This document shows, one piece after another, positions 27,481 to 40,000 of a DNA stretch of 64,000 nt. The stretch spans positions 27,811,393-27,875,392 of the forward strand of contig NC_057746.1 in the NCBI RefSeq assembly GCF_004010195.1, written 5' to 3'. Position 1 is the first letter of the stretch. Every line of letters begins with the position of its first letter. The stretch comes from Chiloscyllium plagiosum (Eukaryota). The notes under the pieces are model-generated. The model was not told the origin of the DNA. It worked only from the letters and a program-made list of their open reading frames with translations, and did no database searches. Both the position numbers and the translations under genes were made by a program.

Positions 27481-28031
27481 TCAGTGTCCTTTAATCCCGC
27501 AGATTGTCAGAGGGGTGGAGTTTTTCCCGCCAATATTCCATCCCGGACAGAAGAATGGAAAGATCCTCTCAGTGAAAGTGTGGGTGAAAGTGTGGAAATG
27601 GGACATGGTGTCCGCATTGTAAAATGACACCTGTCCATCTTCATAGTCCAGGAAAACCCCGATCTTCCGGGGATTCACACTCGGGGAGAGGGGGGTCCAC
27701 GCAGGGGACGTGGCAGCAAGATAATAATTTACTGATGTCAACCACACAATGCAAAATCCGGTCTCCGGTTCTAGTTCGATTCCCCCTTTCCTCTTCACAG
27801 ACTCTCGGGCCACTCCCAGACCCCATCGACTCTTCTCCCCCACCTCCACCTCCCAGTAATGTCTCCCTGATGTGAATCCCTCTGATCCCAGGACACAGAG
27901 CCGGGAATTAAACCTCTCTGGTGAGTCAGGGAGCGGCTGCCGTTTGTCTCCGAGTCTCACACTGGTCCGGTCCTCAGACAGGATGAGCCAGGGATTCGCT
28001 GTGTTCGGATCCAGAGTCAGAGAGGCTGGAG
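27481..28031 (-). CDS. TRIM gene A terminal exon: B30.2 (PRY-SPRY) domain
   Basis: [53 protein letters not shown]; acceptor CCCCAG|CTCC; stop TGA at 27481-27483. Confidence 0.95.
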
Positions 28032-31000
28032 CTGGGGTAGAGATCAAATAACACTATTAGTGGTTTAGAGAGAAGAAGGTGAGTGGAGTATTAAAATGAG
28101 CGAATACGTGTGTGTGAAAGAGAGAGAGGCTTTTAGATTGTTGGGTAAAAACATTGAGGAGGGTTTGATTGAGGGGCTGGAATTGATGAGGAGAAAAGGG
28201 GCGAAGGGGAGGGGATTGTGGAGAGGGTAAATGCGAGGGATTTTTGTGGAAATTAGGGGACTTACGGGAAGTAGTGTGGTAGAATAGAGGAGGAGGGGTC
28301 CTGGGCAGTCAGGGTAATGGATTGTGGTACAGAGGATAATGCGGAAGGGAAATGGGTTGGGAGTGAAGGGGCAGTGGGGAAGGGCATTGAGGGGCTGATA
28401 GTGAAGAAAGAAAAGAGATTGTAATGGGTAGGGGAGCAGAGGTGACAACAGACAAGATGATCGGGGTAGGAGATACGAGAGTGGGTGAGGAAACTATGGA
28501 GAGGATAATTTGGGGCATTCTGAGAGAGAGAACTGTGCATGCAGGGTGGAATTGTGAGGAGGAGAATTGGGATGGATGGGGATGGAGCAGGCCAGTTATC
28601 GAGGGAGATGGCAGTGGAGAGTGGGAGAGACGATTGTGCTGGGGGCATAGTTGGAGAGGGGAGGAAATTATGCAGGATCGAATGGGATAGTGGGAGAGAG
28701 TACAGTGAGTGAGAGTACTATCTAGGTGGAGGATTGTGAGGCAGAGGAGGTTAGAGTAAGGGGGAGGGGATTGTAGATAGGGACAGGATCAATAAGATTT
28801 AGATGTATAATAACACGCTTTTAAAAATACAATGAAATAAAGATACAGTGTTTCTCATCTGTTAAAATTTGATGCAATCCAGTGGCATCTTGAAACGTTG
28901 AATATAATGCACGATTTTACTGCAATAGAGTTACCCTCCACTGCTCCTCCAGGTGCTGCTTGACATCCGTCAGGGTCACTGTAATGGGATCCGTGGTCCC
29001 GGTTAAGGACCCTTTTCAAGTGGACATAGACAAGTTGAGTGAATTTGCAAATGTGTGGTAGCTGCAATATAAAGTGGTAGTGTGCGTTGCTATCCACTTC
29101 AGTAGGAGAAACAGAAAGTCAAAGTATTATTCAAATGGTGATATATAAAGGAACATGAATGTCCTTGAGCACTGGTCACTGAAAGTAAGCTTGCAGATTT
29201 CAAGAGCAGTTAGGAAGGCAAATAATATGATGACTATCAGTGCAAGATGGTTTGAGTACAGGAACAAGAATATCTTCATAGAATCAGAAAATATTTACAA
29301 GGATATTGCCAGGGTTGGAGGATTTGAGCTACAGGGAGAGGCTGAATAGGTTGGGCTGTTTTCCCTGGTCATGAGGAGGGGAAGAAGTTGTTATGATTAC
29401 AATCTGACCATCATGATCTTGTCAAATGACAGAAAAGGGACTGAATAACCTACCACTGCTCCAAGTTGTTTGTTCTTTTGTATCCTTGTGTCTTAATAAC
29501 ACCACTGGAAACCCCATCAAAAGTAATATAATGTATTTGTTATCTGGTTGTCCTCCCCAAAATGCCTAAACCTCAATAACGGCAAAATAGTTCACTCAAT
29601 CCCTATCTTCCAACAGTGTCTAGTCCTCAAACATCTATCACTGGTTCAAAATTCTTTGGGCCATGCTGTGGGCTCATAGCCAGCGGTTAAAGAGCAGGCA
29701 TTCTTTTCCCCCAGAATCTCCTTTGTGATGATTTCTCTGTGACTAGGAGGTGAGTTTATTCTTCTCACTGCTGCTCCTTGCTCCTTTGCTCTCCTTCTGC
29801 CCTGTTATACCGATGTTGTGGGAAAATTATAACAAAGTACCTTTAATTCAGCTGCTTATTAAGAAATCTCACAGATAGTCAAATACCAAAACAATTATTT
29901 CAGCTATATTGCATGTAGCAACCAAAATAAGTCTCCTCAAGTAAGCAATTTGAGTCTCATAACTCACCTTGGAAATTACCAGATTGTTAGTGGAATTTAG
30001 CTGTGATTCCAAATTGTAACATCTGTTCGTAAATGTCCACAGAATCACAGAACCCCTGCAGTGTGAAAGCAGGCCACTCTGCCCATCGAGTCCACACCGA
30101 ACCCCTGAAGAGCATCCCACACAGGCTCAACATCCCCCCATCCCTGACACCCTGTATTTCCCATGGCTAACTCACTTAACCTACACACCCCTGGACACTA
30201 TGGACAACTTAGCATGGCCAATCCAACTAATCTGCGCATCTTTGGACTGCTGGAATCAATACATGTCCAATATACATCCATCAAAAAGGATCATATGTGG
30301 GGACCCCACCACCTTTCCCTGAGTCTACAGTTACTTCTGTCACCTCCTCTGCCCCAGAGCCCATCGACCCTCCTGGTCACCCAGCACAGAAGCATCAAAA
30401 CCAGATTACGTAAACAACTGCCTTGTCTGCCACTCAATTGGCTGACATCAGTAAAAAGGTCATGGTCTTCATGTTACTTCTGATCCGTACTCCTTCTTAG
30501 ATGAGATTTACCAGGAAGGGATATTCAATGGGTTAGACAGAGAGGAATAAACCAGGTCAATCCTTACATGCCTAATCCTGTAAAATCAGCATAAAATCAG
30601 CTCTGCCAGATCCACAGAGTACCGGCAGTGGTACCCTGGAATAAACGAGGTCAATGGTCCTAGTTGGTACTGGATATGAAAGGGGGGAGGGGGGGGGGGG
30701 GGGGGGGGGGGTGCGTGGTGGTGGTCCCAAGGATGGTTTGCATAAGTGTCGTCAGAGATAAAGGAAACATCCAAACTGTTCTGAGGAAGGGTCACCAGTG
30801 ATTTCTCTTCACAGATGCTGCCAGACCTGTTGACCTTTTCCAGAAATTTCTGTTTTTGTTTCTGACTTACAGCATCCACAATTATTTCAGCTTTTACTTC
30901 TCATATATTATTAGCTTGGACACCCTCAGAATATACCCCTCCCCAATTAATGTTGGATGGGGAGTATCAAAGATGGCATGATGAGCAAGAACCGCTTAGC

Positions 31001-34000
31001 AAGTGGACCCTCATGTTCGAAGGAATGGATATCAATGTTAAATGCATCTGAGTACCCACTTGTTTAGCAGACAACCTCACCTATTCTGGTGATGCACACC
31101 AGTGCGAAATTATAGCCAGCAGCAACACCAAAGGGCCATTGTACCCAAATGTCAAGGGAGGACAAGCAGACAGGAGATTGAAATAACCGCTGAAGTTTTT
31201 CATGGTTGAGAACAGGATCAGGAAAACAGAATGTGATTTGTATGTTCATGATCACCGAGGCAACCACATAAATGAATTAACTTAACACCACCGCCACCAC
31301 CTCCCCACCCCAAACCCTGTACATAAGTTTGATACAGTCTCATCAATTGTAGTTCATCAGGAACAGCTCCCGCCACTGCTAAGTATCCATTCTAACAACA
31401 TGGAGGTCTGTAACAGACTCACAGTCTTCTTCCCACTGTGGGAAAAGTGGGGCTTCATCTCTGTAGAGAGAAAGCTCCTCCCATATTCACCTCTGTTAGA
31501 ATTCATTGTGCAGCATGTCCAAGGGCAGAGTTATAGGGAACAGCCAGAAACATTAGAGTAGATGAACTGACTAACCAGTGATAACCCTGGTAGTGTTCAA
31601 ACCGTGAACCAATTCAAACCATGGCCATCGCAATCAAACACACAGGCAATGAGAATCTGAAACAAGCTCAGAGTTCTGACCCAAATTTGAATCGCATCCT
31701 CCAAGGGAAATACCAAGGCAGATATAAAAAAGAAAATAAAAATTCAATCTGTTTTTGCCTGGTTGCTATGTTGGGCCATTCCATGGCCACGATCAAATAA
31801 TTTATCAATATCATGATGGCCATTGACATTAAGGGGTTGATATCATCCGAGAAAGCATAGAAGATTTGCGCCAGTGGCCCAAACTTGACAAAGAGCATCA
31901 TGTTACATTATTAGTTAATAGAACAACACATACCAGTATGCTAACAAGGGAAACTTAAGATCCACATGACCATGAGAGGGCCCATGGACCAAACTTCAGC
32001 TTGACTACATCAGACCCCTACCTACCTATCCAAAGAGATTCCAGTATGTTCTAATTATTGCTGATACTTTTACAAATGGATTGAACCATTCCTACACACA
32101 CAAACACAACAATGATCCTGACCAAGGTCTTGACCAACATGTTTTAGAATGTGGGGACTTACCCAAAGTACCCAAAGGCACCACTTCACTGGACAAGTCA
32201 TGCAAGAATTCATGGTGCTCTTTGACTCAACCAAATGTTTCACATTGCCTACCAGTCCAATCCAGTATGAATCAAACATTTAAAGATAATTTAGGAAAAC
32301 AGAACAACATAGTAGCACTACGTGGGATGTTGTACTATCCATTGCCCTTATGATTGTAAGGAAATCGGTTTCAAGTTCCACGGCGTTAACTCCACATCAT
32401 CATATGACAGCGTGACATGTGAGTAGAATGAAGTCTCTAGTAGGCTCGGATCTACTAGAATGCAAAACAGTTGTCCAAATGCACGAAGCTATTGCCACAT
32501 GCTGCTGGAAAACATAAGAGCTGTGCAAATGGCTGCAGCAATAAAAATCAGCACAAGACAAAATCAGAGTTATTCTTATTTCGTTAGCAACATTCAGCCA
32601 TCAGGATATGAGGTGTGGCAACAAGTTATGTTACAAGTCTATGAGCCTTATTCCTTCCTAGCCCCTAGGCTTTTGGTACCCCATTCCATTGTGAATAAAG
32701 TTAGCTCTTCAGTATATCAACTTGTCTTGGATTCAGGCAAAATGGAATAGCACCACATAAACTAAGTGAAGTCCTATTCTCCTCAAAATAACTCCCATCA
32801 CTTTCACACTCGGTTGGGGGAAATGGAGTCTGATATACATCGAGAGCTGGATAATCCCAGTACCCGCTTTGGCCTCAACTACAGATCGGACCTTCAGAGT
32901 CAGGATCACCCCCATACCACTCTCAGATGCCATTAAGGATGAGGAGTTGATGCCAACTTCCTTTGCAACTAAACACTGTTCTTGTAATGTTCCCAACTGA
33001 TCTCCCTACCTAGGGGCTAAACACAGCACCACACGTGCAAATTGCAAGACCCAGTTATAGAATACGCCTGGTTTGAGGAGGTCCCCTTCCCATACACTAA
33101 TAACCAGCTCTGTTGAGGATGCAGTCTCACTGGTCCCAACAATGGGACCAACTGTGTAAACCTGCCTCAATTGTTACCATTCACTGAACCCCAACACCCA
33201 CACATTAAATGTGTTGAAAGAAAAGGGGCACGTGGAATGGAAATTTGACAACTGAGTAATGTTACACAAAACATAAATCAGACATTGAACAATGATATTT
33301 ATAGGAAATACACTTGACTTTGTTTGGAAGTGTGTCAGAGAAAACACTCCAAGGTAACAACACTCCAAGTCTACTCAATGCTCTTTATTTCTATATTGTT
33401 TAAGCATTATTGGTTTTAGTAGAAATGTTGCCTGGGCAAATGGGAAATGAAGGTATCCAAGATACCATGGTACAACACATCTGTTGCCATGGTGTAGGTC
33501 AATTGGATCCTTTGGATTTCCCCTGTGAAATCAAATAATTTCAGGTGTAATAATCAACTTATGGCGTACAGAAAACCCAATGGGAGTTCCTTGCTTTATT
33601 ATATGAATGTAGGATCACAGCTGATTGAAGGAACTCTCTGAAAATAGTGCATGGTGGGTGGGGTGCCTGGCACATAGACAGGACAAAAAATTAAAGTTAG
33701 GCCTACGATGTCCTGGAAGATCCCACCAGGCAGAATTTCTAAATTATGAAATTAAATATGGGACAAAGGCCGGCAGTGGAAATGTCTTCCCCAGCCTGTC
33801 CCACAAATATTCCAGGACCTCATAACAGACTGGTGATTAACCCTAGTGGTAAAATTTAGTTCAATAGTTTACACCACAAATATTTGCTGATAATAATAGA
33901 TATATCAGGGATCCAGCTACTGGAATGAAGTCCTTTTCTACTGAAGTGACGATACTGTCACCTGACTCCTAGAATAATGGGATGAAGAACAGGAAATTTG

Positions 34001-37000
34001 AGACAAGCCACAGCCCATAACTAATAAGTGTGAAAGAAGGAAACTCCTTCATGATCTAGCTACAGCATATGGGCCAGGACTGTCAACAGCTTGGCTAATT
34101 TGGCTAATAAATTTATTTGGCTAACTTGGATAATAAACTCAGAAACTTGACTCGTCATGTCAGACAAGTCTTGGAGTAATAAATGAGGACTACCAGTAGG
34201 AGACAGCAGGACAATTGATGGAAAATCAGACTAGCCATCACTTAGTGACCATCCTCAAAGATCATGCAAAAACCATCAACCAGGGTAAAATCGTGGATGA
34301 CAGCAGGCAGCAAAATGGCACTCTGCATAGCATCTATGGAAACTGGCTGGTGGAGCAACTAAGGGAGGACCTCAGACAAGCTAGCCAAAGGCAAGCCAAT
34401 TCCTGGATCAGCAATGAAGAGCTGAAACATCTGGTTCAGGAAAGAAGACAGATCAATTTTTTCAGCTGCCAATTGAGGCAGTTAACCAAGATGTTGGTGG
34501 CTCAGTGGTTAGCACTGCTGCCTCACAGCGTCAGAGTGCTGGATTCGATTCCAGCCTTTGGTGATTGTATGTGTAGAGTTTGCACATTCTCTCCGCATCT
34601 GTATGGGTTTCCTCCCACAGTCCAATAAGGTGCAGGCCAGGTGAATTGGCCATGCTCAATTGCTGATAGTGTTAGGTGCATTAGTGACAGGGAAATGGGT
34701 CTAGCTGGGTTACTCTTCAGAAGGTTGGTGTGGACTTGTTGGGCTAGATGATCTGTTTCCATACTGTAGGGAATCTAATCTAAAAAAAATGTGCTTTAAC
34801 AACAGCTGCAAGAACAGTCTTGGTGAGGCCCTAGGCTTGGTGCTAGGAATCCCAATTATTCTTGATGATGCAGTGGGATTGAGACCTTTTAAGCTGAAAA
34901 CATAGCCTTTATAAAGAAAGGAATGTGGGTGGAGTATAATAGTACTTTTCCATATGCTGGAGAAAGAAAAGGGACACTGTAAGGGACCACTCTAAGTAAA
35001 TGAGAACAAACGGACCATATTATTGTATATCCATACCCTTTCTCTTAGTGAACCTCCCCTGCATATTTTCAAATAATTATTGAATTAAACTGCACTTTCG
35101 AGTCAAGGAGTCTGAGGATTGACGTCACAACATATGGGGAGGGGAAGAGAAAGTCAATCGCTTTCATGTATCCACTTCAATCAGGAAACACCGTTATGGG
35201 GAGTCAACATGCAATGTCATTGATATCACTTTTTGTACTAAACCTCACATTCTTGCACGGATAGGTATAATGGAACTAATCAACATCCATCAAAGGTGAG
35301 GTTTTAGCATCTGGGGCTGAAGCATACACATTCTTCAGTGGATTGGCCTCCTTTCACATTTAACTGTAGAGCTCTTTGCATTTACTTTGGTGTACTGGCA
35401 GTTAAGATTGCCAATTGGAAAAGAGAGATATCCCAGAAGATGGACATGCTTACTATCAGTAATACACATATTCACATGCACTTTCTCTGCACGAGCCCAG
35501 GGTTATTATCACTACCCTTACCTCTATTGTTCCTGTTACTGGATTTTGTATATTGTAATGCAGGCTTCTTTTATGTCTATGTATTTGATTCTCACGAATT
35601 TTGTATGGGTTGTCACGACAGATTTATTTTCTCTCAATCTGTACATGTAACCAAATCACTCAGCAAGTGTATAGTGGTTTGCAATAGCTTTCACAATGAC
35701 ATGGCACCTCCTTTTCCTAACAATAACCAAAACCAACCTTCTACAACTGGCAAAAATAAACTGAAAGAACTGCAGATGCTGGAAATCAGAAACCGTTCCA
35801 AAGAAGGGCCACTGCACTCGAAATGTTAAATCTGATTTCCCTCCACAGATGTTACCAAACCTGTTGTTTTCCCATAATTTCTGTTTTTGCCTCTACAACT
35901 AAATTTGAAATTCATTTGCATTAGCTTTTTCCGTTCAAAAAGGGGGAAATGTAACAGCCTCCTGGCTACTAAAATACAAATAGATTGCCAACTTGGCCAA
36001 ACAGCAAGGGATGGGTTAGGGTCAGGTTAGCCAAGTTCCTCAAGAAACTTGATACATTAAAAACACAACAGCCAGCTACTAAAGACATTAGCATGGTATA
36101 AAATGACGCATCTGGTCAACATTTACACTGGATAGATATATCCCCAACAATGGATGGTGTGGTGGCTCAGTGGTTAGCACTGCTGCCTCGCATCACAAGG
36201 GATGCTGGTCCAATTCCAGCTTTAGGCAACTGTCTGTGTGGAGTTTGCACATTCTGCCTGTGTGGGTTTCTTCCAGGTGCTCTGACTTTGTCCCACAATC
36301 CAAAGATGTGCAGGTTACGTGAATTGGTGGTGCTAAATTTCCCATAGTGTTCAGGGATGTGTAGGTTATGTAGGGCAGTGCGTCTGGGTGGGATACTCTT
36401 CAGAGGGTTGGTGTGGATTTGTAGGGCTGAGGGTCTCTTTCCACACTGTAGGGATTCTAATCAAATAAAAGAGGACTGCATACTTTCAACCAAAAATGAG
36501 ACAGAAAGGCACCCAAGGCCCTGCTACACAAAAAAAAGAAGTTTTAACAACCCATCCCAATAATGGTTTGACAATGATTGTCAATGTTTTGAACCATTAA
36601 GCGGGTCTGCCTGATTGGCTAGAACTGTAGAAAGCTCCATAAAACTATAAGACAGGGTTTACCTGCAGGTTGATATCTTAGACCTTCTAGAAATGAAGAA
36701 GAAGTGACCACTGTGGCAGAGGCAAGGACCAACTGAACTCCCGAGTGAGAGAGAAAGAGAACAATGGCTTTGCAAACCAGATTAAATTTAACAGACGCTC
36801 TGGGGTCACGATTAGGAATAGTTTTGAGAGCATTAAAATCTTTCTTTGCTTGTTCCTTAGCATAGTTGCAACAGTTTGTTTTGGTGTCAACTTGTGTCTG
36901 TAGTGATTTGACTGTTTCATTATTGTGGGATACCTGGGAAAATTCACTTATAATCTATTGGTCAAAGTGCCTTAAAGGGCTCAGACAATAAAACCAAGCA

Positions 37001-40000
37001 GCATCTTGTCTCAGTCCACTCTCCTGAGTGGAAAACAGTTTCACAATATAGAACTGGTGCAGAGCCCTCAGAATGAATGGCACGTCTGATCAAATTCATA
37101 GAGTGGTCAGTGGGTTCTCTCCTCAATCAATGGATCACTCAAAATATCAGCTGCATCATGTCTAACTTTTTTATCGCTCTCCCTTATGAGAGTTTATGGA
37201 AATCTCTACTTTGTAGAATTTATATTCAGCCTATGGATATTTACCTCTCTTCTGTTTTGTACTGGGCACTTCAATTAGTTCACCGTACTCCCTCCTTTAT
37301 CCAACACAAATTCTGCTTCTGCTGCCTCTTCTCCATTAAATTGAATAATTCCACCCAACATTTAGGCATCCATTAACACTGTGTCTTCCAGATAAATACA
37401 GTAAACTGTCATCCAAATCAATATCCAGATAGGGACAATCTTCTCTCATTTAGACATTCGGTTTCTCTATTCCATTTGCTAGACTGATCTTTCACGAGTC
37501 TGATACACAGAGCTGACGGCTTCAAATACTCACCCAGATACACACAGAGTAAGGAAAATATGAAAAGGGAGATTCTATGGGATTGACAACTGGCAATGCG
37601 AGTATTTAAACCGGATCTTGGAGCTTATTTAGTCCCTTCACAACTGGAGTTTTCATCAGGAAAATTAATACGTGTTTACCTGGGTGAATGGTGTGTATCA
37701 TTTGTCTCCAGACTGTAAGCTGTAAAGGGCCGGTGAACTTTCCAATAGGCAGCGCAAAATCTGCTATTGAGAGATCCTGATGATTATCACTAATCCTAAA
37801 ATTATTAAACAAATGCAAAATAAAAATTCCACTCTGTTAGAATATTTCAAAAATGACTTAAATAGTCAAGATTTCAGCACATTTGTGTTTGAACAAATGC
37901 GATTAAAAGTGAAATATTAAGTTGTTTCTAAAACAGAACAAAAGATAACATGAGAATGCAAAGGCAAGGATTGGAAAAACCCAGGTCAAAGAAAAGTCAT
38001 AAACTTATAACTTTAGTTACTAAGACATCACTCAGCACAGGAGATCATAGACATTCCCCTGTGTCCTTGCTCCATTGTAAACGGAGACTGGAACAAAGAT
38101 TGAAAACACTTCAAAGCCTCATGTCAAACTCTGTAACAGATGGGGCCCACAACCCTCGGAGAATCCTGCTCCTCTACTGCCCGCCTCTTTAACATCTCTG
38201 ATTTCAGTCACTTCTCCATTGCGGAACTTGGCCCTTCTGCTGTGGAGGCTTTCAGCTTTGAATTCCTTTTCTAAATTTTTCCATCTTGCTATTGCTATTT
38301 TCTTCTATAAGATGTCCAAAGCCAGTCAGATATATTAATCTCTCGGTGTTATGTTTTGCTTTCATTTACTGCTGTCAAATGACCTGCGACCGTACATTTC
38401 ATAAAAGGTACTATATAATCACAGCATTGTGTTGATGTGGTTAAGCAGGTTACGGTGTGAGTTAGTGTCATAAAAAGCTTTAAATTTTGACTGTCACGAG
38501 GTAATGAGTGACAGAGACGGGTGGTCATGGTTAACTGGAAACACGGGCTGTGTGACCCTCTCAGGGTCGGGGGAAGGTCAGAAACACACAAACAGCCCAA
38601 ATTCAGTCAGTGATCACTTCCAGCCTGTGAACCAGGTTGTATTATTTACAGGCACCTTGTCATTGATTACAATATTGTCAATCAGTTTTATGAAATCTAA
38701 TACTGTTTCAATCATACATTACAGTCGCCTGTGAACATGAATAGAGTTACTGTCACTTAATAAATTAACTCTTAAAGCGACAAGAATAACTAGGAAATAA
38801 CCCCATAATAACCCATCCCTGAGTTACTGAGCAAACTGTGCAGAGTTTCAGTAAAGAGCATGTCCTACCTTCTCTTCTGACAAGCTTCCTCCTGAAAGAA
38901 ATGAATCACAAACAGTGAGGATGGCAGTAACAGATTTCAGGAGGAGACAGACAGGCTGCTGAAATGAGCAGACACAACACGGAAGTGTAAAGTGATACAT
39001 TTTGGAAGGAAGATTGAGGAGAGGGAAAAATAAACCGGAACTGACCAGTATTATTGCTCACAGACGCAGTGACTCTCAAAGTCCCACAGTACCAGACACA
39101 CCCACACACTCTGGATGTGCAACTATAACTGGATTACAACAGGAGTCCCAGGGGATAATAAAACCTGAGGAATTTGAAGACACTGTATTGGCAAAGGAAG
39201 TCTGGACCAGGCCAGACTCCCTTAAGGCATTTCAAGAAAGTAGCCTGAACCCTAACTTTGCCAGTTGTTGTTGCGGTTCTGTTCGCCGAGCTGGAAGTTT
39301 TTGTTGCAAACGTTTCGTCCCCTGGCTAGGCGACATCATCAGTGCTTGGGAGCCTCCTGCGAAGCGCTTCTTTGATGTTTCCTCCGGTGTTTATAGTGGT
39401 CTGTCCCTGCCGCTTCCGGTTGTCAGTTTCAGCTGTCCGCTGTAGTGGTTGGTATATTGGGTCCAGGTCGATGTGTTTGTTGATGGAGTTTGTGGGTGAA
39501 TGCATGCCTCTAGGAATTCCCTGGCTGTTCTCTGTCTGGCTTGCCCTATGATAGTAGTGTTGGCTTGCCCTATGATAGTAGTGTTGTCCCAGTCGAATTC
39601 ATGTTGCTTGTTGTCTGCGTGTTTCCTACTAAGGATAGCTGGTCGTGTCGTTTCGTGGCTAGTTGATGTTCATGTATGCGGATTGTTAGCTGTCTTCCTG
39701 TTTGTCCTATATAGTGTTTAGTGCAGTCCTTGCATGGTATTTTGTACACTACATTCGTCTTGCTCATGTTGGGTATCGGGTCCTTCGTTCTGCTTCAATG
39801 TTGTAACTTCCAAGTAATTCATCCCTGTACCAAAGTCTTCACGTTGACATAATTTGATCACTGATTTTTCATTCATTTCATCTTCTCACAAATGACAGGC
39901 CTTGGGATAAATCTGTGTTTCTCCGATTTACAAAATGTTACAGCAATCGCTGTTTATCCATGGCAATACAACGGCAAAGGATGACATCAATTTCTGTAAG

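Larger units (their letters stand above)
29810..37045 (+). mobile_element. Decayed endogenous retrovirus-like element (pol remnants, putative env, 3' LTR) in the last intron of gene A
   Basis: [15 protein letters not shown] (about 30990); YQYHDGH zinc finger (about 31805); [15 protein letters not shown]...[16 protein letters not shown] integrase core (about 31980-32090); env-like frames at 34020-35600; PPT AAAAAGGGGGAAA at 35937-35949. Left boundary approximate. Confidence 0.75.

Noticed and set aside
30680-30711. G-runs (also 11558-11587 and 26196-26211) as possible G-quadruplexes
   Set aside because: Simple homopolymers inside repeats, with nothing to suggest function.
39538-39585. 24-bp tandem duplication (a similar 23-bp one lies near 56727-56775)
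   Set aside because: Two-copy local slippage without spacers; not a CRISPR-like array.
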